Part shown: piece after piece, positions 57,209 through 64,000 of the stretch | Numbering within the stretch: the stretch's first letter is position 1 | How the letters are laid out: the number at the start of each line of letters is the position of its first letter | Assembly (NCBI GenBank): GCA_002479075.1 | Contig: DLLG01000017.1 | Location: 60,198 to 124,197 of the forward strand | DNA: 64,000 nucleotides | Direction of reading: 5' to 3' | Origin: Clostridiales bacterium UBA7568 | GTDB lineage: Bacteria; Bacillota; Clostridia; Oscillospirales; CAG-272 | The notes under the pieces: generated by a model | The model's database searches: none | Told to the model about the DNA's origin: nothing | The model's input: the letters and a program-made list of their open reading frames with translations, nothing else | Made by a program: the position numbers and the translations under genes

Positions 57209-58131
57209 TTCAGATACCTCCCCGATTCCTTTTCAAGCTCAAGCCATACGGGATATTCAGCTCCGTTTTCGTCAAAGAACTGTTTCAGGTCCCGATTCAG
57301 CGCACTCATCTCGTCAACCGCATTCATTGCGTGATCCGAAGCGCAGATTTTTCCGAGACTCGTTGCGCACATAAGCTTGAAAAAACGCAGGCAGGTTTTG
57401 CGATATGCCGCTCCCTCAAAATCCTTGTCAGCATCCGGCAATATCTCGTGTCCTGCGTTCTTTATGGCACGGTAGCCTTCAATATTTGAGTCAATCATCT
57501 TGCCGAGGTACACCGTGTTGCCCTTGAGCTTTTTCAGATCGCCGTCGGTTTTGTAGCAGGCGAATGCCGCCGGCAGCACAAACGCAGCGTGGCACAAAAG
57601 GTAATCCTCCATATTCGGCTCATAAACCACCTTGTATTTGGCTCCGTCAAAAATCTGCCCGATAAGCTTTTCGTTCGAAGGCGCGCCGGAAAGCTGACCG
57701 ATCGTTATTTTTTTAAGATCTATCGATGCCACCCGGTCGCTCTCACGGTGCCCCGCTGAAAGCGCAAAGGCAAACATAACGTTTTTCTCCGGAAGCGACT
57801 CGGCGATTGCTCTTGCACGCACATTGTTGCCGACGAACACAATATTCTTCGTCCGGTTTGCCCTTAGCGCCTCCGTCACCGAGTCTATCTGCGTATAGCG
57901 CACTACAACGAATATCACATCATACCCGTCATCCGGCTTCAGTTCCGTCACAACCGGAATCCTGCTGACCGATGTACGAATTGAAAACTTATCCTTGATC
58001 CGCAGGCCGTTTTTCCGTATCTCCTCCGCCCAATTTCCCCTTGCGAGCAGCGTTACATCCTTTCCCGCACGGAAAAGATTTCTTGCAAGATTACAGCCGA
58101 GCACTCCTGCGCCGAACACCAAAATTTTCAT
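57205..58131 (-). CDS. Ketopantoate-reductase (ApbA/PanE) family NAD(P)H oxidoreductase
   Basis: Rossmann motif MKILVFGAGVLGCNLA and an ApbA_C-like C-terminal half. Confidence 0.8.
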   Translation of the reverse strand: MKILVFGAGVLGCNLARNLFRAGKDVTLLARGNWAEEIRKNGLRIKDKFSIRTSVSRIPVVTELKPDDGYDVIFVVVRYTQIDSVTEALRANRTKNIVFVGNNVRARAIAESLPEKNVMFAFALSAGHRESDRVASIDLKKITIGQLSGAPSNEKLIGQIFDGAKYKVVYEPNMEDYLLCHAAFVLPAAFACYKTDGDLKKLKGNTVYLGKMIDSNIEGYRAIKNAGHEILPDADKDFEGAAYRKTCLRFFKLMCATSLGKICASDHAMNAVDEMSALNRDLKQFFDENGAEYPVWLELEKESGRYLK

Positions 58132-58159
58132 AGTCAGATTTCCCCTTTCAGAAAAATAT

Positions 58160-58861
58160 TTATTTGTTTCTCCGATATCCCGCCTCGTCGCGGTATTCCG
58201 GATGCTCCTTCAGATACGGATCCCTATCCCCTACAATCGTATAATCGCATTTGCAGCCGTTTGCGCAGGTAGTCGTGCGCACGAGACGAGCGTGAATACA
58301 TTCCATCGCCTCAAAGTCCGGGTTGCAAAGCGCAGGCATAACTTCAAGCAGTCCGTGCTTCTTTGCAAATTCAGCCGTCGGACAAGCCGTAAACTCATAA
58401 TATATCGGCTTTTCGGGATCAAACGGAGCAACATTCATCTCAAAATCGTGCCATTTATCGCATTGTCGCTTGGCATTTCCGAAAGCCTTATACATCAGCT
58501 TCTTGAAAAACGGCTTGTTGCAATCGACAAATTTCATCTTGCGAAATGCGCCGAGGAAAAGATTTCCCTCCATTTCCTCTATCTCCGCAAGACTTGTCAC
58601 CTCGCGGCAGACGACATAATACGCCATAAGCGCAATACAGTCATAATTTCCGCCCTTGCCGTTATGAAAGTTCTTTTTCCCGCCGAGGTCTGTGCGCCAG
58701 TCGGAGAGAAAATCCGCATATTTCAGCTGAACCCTCTCCCATATCGCTTCCCTCTCCTCCGGCGGATAATGCAGCGCAATTTTCTTTCTGATCTCTTTTT
58801 TGCAGGACTTTGTGTACAACACGTGGCAGGTGCGGTCTATTTTCAGTTCCTTATCCTTCAT
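58160..58861 (-). CDS. ATC-hydrolase-like protein (copy 2)
   Basis: FTACPTAEFAKKHGLLEVMPALCNPDFEAME...TTCANGCKCDY has the same Cys pattern as copy 1. Confidence 0.6.
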   Translation of the reverse strand: MKDKELKIDRTCHVLYTKSCKKEIRKKIALHYPPEEREAIWERVQLKYADFLSDWRTDLGGKKNFHNGKGGNYDCIALMAYYVVCREVTSLAEIEEMEGNLFLGAFRKMKFVDCNKPFFKKLMYKAFGNAKRQCDKWHDFEMNVAPFDPEKPIYYEFTACPTAEFAKKHGLLEVMPALCNPDFEAMECIHARLVRTTTCANGCKCDYTIVGDRDPYLKEHPEYRDEAGYRRNK

Positions 58862-59721
58862 CTTCCGACTCCTTTTAAAAATCCGCTTTTCGCATTTTCT
58901 TCCGTATCGTCCGATTCGTCGTATGCGTCATACGGGGCGGAGGGATCGTGAACCCTTTTCTTAAAAGGCGAGCAGAGCTTGTCTTTATGCGCAAAGGCAA
59001 AATCAAAATTGTCTGTCCAGCCGGTATGTCCCGTAATGAATATCGGCTCTGTTTTCATTTTTTTCAGCCTTGTTTCAAGGACTTCAAGCGACTTTACGGC
59101 AAGCTTGTTGTTCTCTGCCAATGCGGAGATAAAGCTGTAACCGCCGTCCGCGCCGAACCATATCGTGTCCCCTGTAAAGAGATATTTATCATCGATAAGA
59201 TACACCATATGTCCCCAGGTATGCCCCGGAACGAGAAAGCAATGAATCTTTATATCGCCGATGCGGAAGGTCTCGCCGTCCTTCAATGTCTGTATTTTGT
59301 TGTTTATCGTTACCTGCGGAAGCTTATAAAGATGATAAATCACCTTTCGCCGCACCTCGCCCGTCAGGTAGCGGTTTTCAACCTCGCCGATATGAAGCAT
59401 AGCCCTTTTGAAAAGTCCGGGGCTGTCCGCCTCAACCGCGCCGATATGATCCGTATCCTGATGCGTGATGAGAATGTGACGGATAGACCTCGGATTTATT
59501 CCGAGCCATCCCATCTTTTCCTCAAGCCTGTCATAATTGTAGCCCGCGTCGATCATAATCGTCGTATCGCCCTTGCGATAAAAGAAGATATTTGCAACCC
59601 ATTCGCGCACGCAGGCGACGTTTTCGTCTATCCATCCGGTATTCAGCGGCTTGAATATTTCCTTGCCGCGATACATTCTGCTCATTGACTTTCTCTGAAA
59701 TTCCGTTGCTTTTTTTGACAT
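58858..59721 (-). CDS. MBL-fold metallo-hydrolase
   Basis: ITHQDTDHIG (HxHxDH-type motif), VPGHTWGH, and a later GHTG. Confidence 0.85.
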   Translation of the reverse strand: MSKKATEFQRKSMSRMYRGKEIFKPLNTGWIDENVACVREWVANIFFYRKGDTTIMIDAGYNYDRLEEKMGWLGINPRSIRHILITHQDTDHIGAVEADSPGLFKRAMLHIGEVENRYLTGEVRRKVIYHLYKLPQVTINNKIQTLKDGETFRIGDIKIHCFLVPGHTWGHMVYLIDDKYLFTGDTIWFGADGGYSFISALAENNKLAVKSLEVLETRLKKMKTEPIFITGHTGWTDNFDFAFAHKDKLCSPFKKRVHDPSAPYDAYDESDDTEENAKSGFLKGVGR

Positions 59722-59835
59722 ATTCTCTTACCTCTTTTCAAGCGACAACTTCTGCGTCGCTAAAGCTCCCTTTGAAAATTCTTCGCTATACTCTCTCAAT
59801 TTCGCCTGCTTTTTTCGGACCCGCAATACTCCGCA

Positions 59836-60621
59836 TCACTTTTCCAGCACAACGATTTTGTTTGATATATTCCTCACAAACCCGATCTTTCCGAGCAGCT
59901 TATATATCGAAACAAATTCCGCCATTCCCTCCGTAAGGCTATACTCGCAGACAAAGCGGAAATCCGGAAGAAGCTCCGCCAGCGCTTTGCCGTTCTTTAT
60001 GCCCCAGCTGAACTTTGCGTGACTTCCTTCAATGGACTTCTCCTTGAACCGCTTTGCGACCGTCGGGTTCATCGTCTCGACAAAGACCGTCGCCCTGCCG
60101 AATCTGCCCGAAATAACTTCAAAAATACGCTTCACGTCCGCCTCGCAGAGATACATAGTAAGCCCCTCGATGATAATAAGCGCAGGCTTATCCGTCTCCT
60201 CGATTCTGCAACCCCAATCATCCATTGCAGACATAGCGATCTGCGAAATTTTCCCGCTCTCCGGCAGAAACCTTTCCCTTATGGCAATCGTCTCCGGAAG
60301 ATCAAGGTTGTACCAATGAGAATATCCTTTCACACGATAGCAACGTGTGTCCAGCCCGCAAGCTATATTGACCGTAACGGCATCCGGATTTTTCTCAAGC
60401 CATTCGGATGTCAACCTATCAAGGACAATCGTCCTCGCAACAACGCCGCTGCGCATAGCCGAGTCCCTCTCGGCAAGGGAAAAATCGTAGTCAAGTCTGC
60501 CGATGATTTCTTCGGCTTTTTTATCACAGATAACGCCTCTCGTTCCGCTCTCCCTGGCACGCGCATAAACCGTTTGCAGCATTGTCTCCGGAACACCCGT
60601 CAGTTTTACTTTGTCACCCAT
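59836..60621 (-). CDS. Class I SAM-dependent methyltransferase, TcmP / LCM-like (copy 2)
   Basis: Motifs VNIACGLDTR, WYNLDLPETI and IIEGLTMYL. Confidence 0.72.
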   Translation of the reverse strand: MGDKVKLTGVPETMLQTVYARARESGTRGVICDKKAEEIIGRLDYDFSLAERDSAMRSGVVARTIVLDRLTSEWLEKNPDAVTVNIACGLDTRCYRVKGYSHWYNLDLPETIAIRERFLPESGKISQIAMSAMDDWGCRIEETDKPALIIIEGLTMYLCEADVKRIFEVISGRFGRATVFVETMNPTVAKRFKEKSIEGSHAKFSWGIKNGKALAELLPDFRFVCEYSLTEGMAEFVSIYKLLGKIGFVRNISNKIVVLEK

Positions 60622-60622
60622 A

Positions 60623-61345
60623 TCAGTTTGCCTCCGCTTTTAAAGTTTTTGTTTGCCTGCCCGCCCAGACAGCATTTGCAAACATCCAGATGCAGAGCGC
60701 GGCATTGCCGGAACCCTGACTCAGAACAAAATCCCAGGTTGAAACCTCTGCTCCCAGCATCTGACGGATGTCCGGAATCAGCACAAATATTATCTGGAAA
60801 ACAATCATATGGAATATAAACATCCGTCGCGGAAGTACAGTTTTCTTTGTCAGCACCGCAAAAGCGCTTACAAGAATCATCAGAACCATTCCTGCATAAG
60901 CGATAAACATTGCAGGCATAATGCGGTCATACTGCGCCTGTATCAGCGCAGTCGTTTCTTCCCGTCCTAGAAGAGGAGAAAGAGTATTTGTCCAGTCGGC
61001 AAGGCTACCGATAAAAAGATGAAGCGCACCGGCCGTTGCCACATATATCACACCGCCCGCAAGAGCCGCCAATCTCGTCTTGCGGTACTGCGGGTTTATT
61101 TGTAAATAAGACAGACGCACGGAGAAAAATCCGAGCGCCATACCGCAGAGGCCCGTCGCAATCAGCAAAGGCAACCGCCACTGCCCCCACGACCCACTCA
61201 GATATGCGTCTCTGACGAACAGCCCGTTGTCGCCCCCGCTTGCCGGAATCACACTCAGGCAAAGATCCCCGACAAGCATCAAAAACGCACCGAGCGCGCC
61301 GAGCAAAGCGTCCCTCTTGTAAGTTTTGAGCTCCTTCAAATTCAT
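60623..61345 (-). CDS. Polytopic membrane protein, DUF6796-like (copy 2)
   Basis: The ATG at 61345 follows ggaggtgg. About 7 TM segments. It is a distant paralog of the 53756..54442 gene. Confidence 0.5.
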   Translation of the reverse strand: MNLKELKTYKRDALLGALGAFLMLVGDLCLSVIPASGGDNGLFVRDAYLSGSWGQWRLPLLIATGLCGMALGFFSVRLSYLQINPQYRKTRLAALAGGVIYVATAGALHLFIGSLADWTNTLSPLLGREETTALIQAQYDRIMPAMFIAYAGMVLMILVSAFAVLTKKTVLPRRMFIFHMIVFQIIFVLIPDIRQMLGAEVSTWDFVLSQGSGNAALCIWMFANAVWAGRQTKTLKAEAN

Positions 61346-61368
61346 CTTAGATCCACCTCCGTCCGGCA

Positions 61369-61388
61369 TAAGTTAGCCAAAGCTAACA
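61369..61388 (-). promoter_or_regulatory. Palindromic element GTTAGC-N4-GCTAAC upstream of the 11-gene operon RBS (copy B)
   Basis: See copy A at 52795..52814. Here the element lies 8 nt from the RBS. Confidence 0.55.
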
Positions 61389-61574
61389 CGTTGCCCTTTG
61401 AAAAGCTGCCGTCCGGCAGCTTTGTTTTTATAAAAATTCTTTGTTTCGAACGCCACGCCACGATGGCGCCGGCGCCGGAAGATACAGATTTGCGGCTTGA
61501 TATTTGCCCAAAACCGTCGGCACAGAGCGAAAAATACACGCCGCATAAATTGCCGCAGCCGTCTATCCGCTCAC

Positions 61575-61603
61575 ATTATAGCACACACAAGTTTGCTTTT
61601 CAA
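61575..61603 (-). promoter_or_regulatory. Sigma-A-type promoter of the 11-gene operon
   Basis: On the minus strand: TTGAAA, 17-nt spacer ending in TGC, then TATAAT. This implies a ~220-nt 5' UTR. Confidence 0.55.
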
Positions 61604-61801
61604 TAGCAAATTTGAATTTTCGGGTGTAAAAACATTGGTTAAAGCAACCGCCGCATACTGCCGCAAAAACCGCAAGAACACCCGGCAACGTCAGCTCCGA
61701 TTTGCGCAAAGCGACATCCGGAAATTATCCTGACAAATCAGCTTTTTCAGAATATCAGACAGAGAATCTTTTACATCTGAACACTAGAGAAAAATGCGCT
61801 G

Positions 61802-62662
61802 CTATTTTAATTTTTTGATGTGTTCCTTCGCCTTTGCGTAGTATTTTTGAAACCGCTCATATCCTGTATCATTGTATTCTATACCAAGCATAATCCATTC
61901 ACAATACTCGTATAGCAAAAAATAATCCAGAGTTCTGCGATAATCATTGTAGTCAATGCCTTTTTCTTTTAATAAATGATCGAAATAATATTCTATGGCA
62001 TAGTCTTTATCCGCTTGCGTCATATAGAAAAAAGCCGATTCGTCTTCTTCACAGTGCGCAATCAGACGGGCGAGCGACGTTGGATAAGGCAAAATTCCGG
62101 CATACTCCCAGTCAATTATGACCGCACGTTTCTCTGCGCATATAACATTAAACGGAAGAAGATCATCGTGACACAGCGTCCGCGGAATATCCGAATAAAT
62201 CCGCAGATACCGTTCATAGGCTTGCTCCAGTTCCGCATCGTTCAGGTATTTACCGCGCTTTTGCCTTCCCGGCAGACTCGCCTCGAAGCCGTGACCGATG
62301 CATTGAAGCTCACGCTTTTCCCAATACATATTCTGCAAATAAATCAATGCGTCCAGAACGGCAGTCAACGATTTCCTGTCGCATTTTTGCAGGTTATTCC
62401 CTTCTATGTATTCCATAAGGAAAAACAACTCGCCGTCATACTCAATACTTTTATAAAACCGCGGAGCTCCTCCTTTGACCGAAGCTAAAAAAGTATCATA
62501 AACAGCCAGCTCCTGCCTGCTCGTCTTTTTCAGTACGCGGGTGATGCCGCCCTCCTCTATCTTCCATACAGCATAATCAGAGTCATCTTCTTCGTGCTTA
62601 AACGCCGTTATCTCGGCTTGCTCGCCAAAGCCCATTTTTGTAATTACTTCTTTTATATTCAT
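61802..62662 (-). CDS. Aminoglycoside-phosphotransferase-fold (APH / choline-kinase-like) small-molecule kinase
   Basis: Brenner motif CHDDLLPFNV and IIDWEYAG. The gene is visibly more AT-rich than its neighbours. Confidence 0.8.
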   Translation of the reverse strand: MNIKEVITKMGFGEQAEITAFKHEEDDSDYAVWKIEEGGITRVLKKTSRQELAVYDTFLASVKGGAPRFYKSIEYDGELFFLMEYIEGNNLQKCDRKSLTAVLDALIYLQNMYWEKRELQCIGHGFEASLPGRQKRGKYLNDAELEQAYERYLRIYSDIPRTLCHDDLLPFNVICAEKRAVIIDWEYAGILPYPTSLARLIAHCEEDESAFFYMTQADKDYAIEYYFDHLLKEKGIDYNDYRRTLDYFLLYEYCEWIMLGIEYNDTGYERFQKYYAKAKEHIKKLK

Positions 62663-62896
62663 ACCGTAGCTAACCCGCCATTTCTTTATGTTCTAAAAAC
62701 CGCCTGCCTTCCGAAGGCTCAAATCGCTTCGCTTCAATAGCTGTCTCGCTTTTTGTTTCTCCCCGAATTTGCTCAAATAGCGCGACAGACCCCCCTCGCC
62801 TGCGCCTTCGGTCTTGCCCGTCTTGACTATGTGTGTACGACAAGCAACCGTTCTCCGGGAGCGTGCCCGGCGGTAAGCAATTTTCGGATTTTCCCT

Positions 62897-63115
62897 TTAA
62901 GACCTCTTTGCTATTTTTATAAAAAGGTAAACTGCTACCGTCAGGAACAGTGCCGCCAAGGCGCCGCCAAATAATCTACCGATGAGAAGCGGGCTTTTTA
63001 CTGCCAGCATAACGCCGAGAAAGATCGCAAAGCCGCACACTATCGTTACAATGATATATCTTACCCACCTCGGTACTTTCGGGTTATTTATCATATCCGC
63101 TATAACCGGTTCCAT
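62897..63115 (-). CDS. Small 2-TM membrane protein (hypothetical)
   Basis: 72 aa with two hydrophobic helices, downstream in the XRE operon. Confidence 0.4.
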   Translation of the reverse strand: MEPVIADMINNPKVPRWVRYIIVTIVCGFAIFLGVMLAVKSPLLIGRLFGGALAALFLTVAVYLFIKIAKRS

Positions 63116-63124
63116 ACAGACTCC

Positions 63125-63355
63125 TTATTTCAATTTTTCATCTTCGTCGTCAGAAACATTTATTTTCTTCCGATTCAGAAGGGTAATGATACCCCGTTTC
63201 GCACCGAACACCACAACATACGCCGCTATATACAACCCGATGTAAAGCCAAATGCTTTCGCTGCAGAACACCTTCAGCGCCAGCGTGTCAGCTAAAACCA
63301 ATACCAAAGTTATCAACACAATGTCTATTATGATGCTAAGAATTTTTCTTTTCAT
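63125..63355 (-). CDS. Small 2-TM membrane protein (hypothetical)
   Basis: 76 aa with two hydrophobic helices and an acidic tail. It overlaps the 3' end of the XRE gene by 20 nt. Confidence 0.4.
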   Translation of the reverse strand: MKRKILSIIIDIVLITLVLVLADTLALKVFCSESIWLYIGLYIAAYVVVFGAKRGIITLLNRKKINVSDDEDEKLK

Positions 63356-63947
63356 ATCGTTTCACCTTATAAGCACATTTTGTAAATCTGATGTTCCCGA
63401 TTTCAAATTTTTTATCATCAATTCGTTTTGGAAGCCGACGGGTTTCTATAAATTCATCCGTCACAACAACGAAGAATTGCTTGCCACCTTTTTCAATCAG
63501 ATAAAACTCTTTATCTAAATTTTTCAGGGAATTTATAAGTTGAGGAATCCCGAACGGTGCACTTGTCAAAATGCCGATAGCGTTGTCCATAAGTTTTTCG
63601 CTTTTTGTAAGCTTCTGTTCGGCTAAAAGTGTATAAATCTCAGCATCCGGGAATTTTTCATATATTACGCGATCCTTCTTTGTCTTTCTTATACCCTTCC
63701 CGTAGTCCGATAGATTATATGCTTCACGCATAACCAATTCGTCCATAGCCTCTCCGTCATCGAGCAGATAATCAAGACTCACATTCAGCAATTTTGAAAT
63801 TACTTTTAAATTATCTACATCGGGAATACCGTTATCGGTTTCCCATTTTGCAACAGCGGAGCGCGAAACGCCCAACTTCTCGGACAATTGCTCTTGAGAA
63901 AGACCCGCCTGTTTTCTTGCATCTTTTAATTTTTCGCCTAATGTCAT
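63336..63947 (-). CDS. XRE-family HTH regulator with ~130-aa C-terminal domain of unknown function
   Basis: N-terminal LKDARKQAGLSQEQLSEKLGVSRSAVAKWE. RBS aggagg 8 nt upstream. AT-rich. Confidence 0.85.
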   Translation of the reverse strand: MTLGEKLKDARKQAGLSQEQLSEKLGVSRSAVAKWETDNGIPDVDNLKVISKLLNVSLDYLLDDGEAMDELVMREAYNLSDYGKGIRKTKKDRVIYEKFPDAEIYTLLAEQKLTKSEKLMDNAIGILTSAPFGIPQLINSLKNLDKEFYLIEKGGKQFFVVVTDEFIETRRLPKRIDDKKFEIGNIRFTKCAYKVKRYEKKNS

Positions 63948-64000
63948 TTTAATGACCTCCTGTCTGATTGATACATTCAGTATAAACCAACATCTGCAAA

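Noticed and set aside
61353-61425. Two copies of GCCGGACGG, considered as a guanidine-II (mini-ykkC) riboswitch because of paired small hairpins near an RBS.
   Set aside because: The mini-ykkC motif needs two hairpins with ACGR tetraloops. Here the only hairpin has a GGAC loop, and the second copy is not in a hairpin. There is also no guanidine exporter or carboxylase downstream.
1-64000. Looked for CRISPR arrays, tRNA/rRNA genes, IS elements, integrases, restriction-modification genes and other classical defence or prophage genes.
   Set aside because: No spaced short repeats, no tRNA T-loop/anticodon-arm signatures and no transposase, integrase or phage structural motifs were seen in any frame. 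The only repeat-bounded insert is the recombinase-less cassette at 44.8-46.2 kb.

Overview
This is a 64-kb chromosomal window from a Gram-positive anaerobe. GGAGG-type ribosome-binding sites, roughly mid-50s % GC judged by eye, and gene content all look Clostridia / Oscillospiraceae-like. I call about 70 protein genes, most on the minus strand. I found no rRNA, tRNA, CRISPR array, transposase or integrase.

Positions 1-39 kb are mostly housekeeping:
- two sugar ABC permeases
- a PadR / DUF4097 triad
- a two-component system next to a VTC / DUF4956 / Cthe_2159-like secreted-protein cluster
- fadD
- the division-proximal block yggS, sepF, divIVA, lspA, rluD
- several RNA-modification enzymes (miaA, queA, mtaB, two RluA-family synthases, an RlmI-like methyltransferase, a U32 peptidase-family protein)
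- upp, dacB-like, pgk-tpiA, mltG, ftsK, uppP

Positions 39-64 kb are accessory-like:
- a split TSUP transporter
- an 816-aa BspA-type LRR surface protein
- a second PadR / DUF1700 module
- a 1.2-kb AT-rich single-gene insert bounded by ~77-bp direct repeats, carrying its own structured terminator-containing leader
- an L-box (lysine riboswitch) controlled amino-acid ABC importer
- an orphan promoter-to-terminator unit with no ORF (candidate sRNA)
- a TetR gene with a heterodimeric ABC exporter
- directly upstream of that, an 11-gene operon of uncharacterised enzymes built from two diverged copies of a membrane protein / TcmP-type methyltransferase / ATC-hydrolase-like set, plus MBL, alpha/beta-hydrolase and KPR-like genes
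- an AT-rich APH-like kinase and an XRE regulator with two micro-membrane proteins

The best candidate for an undescribed system is the TetR / ABC / 11-gene locus. Its two transcription units share a ~45-nt composite element just upstream of their ribosome-binding sites.

Motif coordinates were indexed by hand and may be off by 1-2 nt. Family names come from recognised sequence motifs, not database searches.
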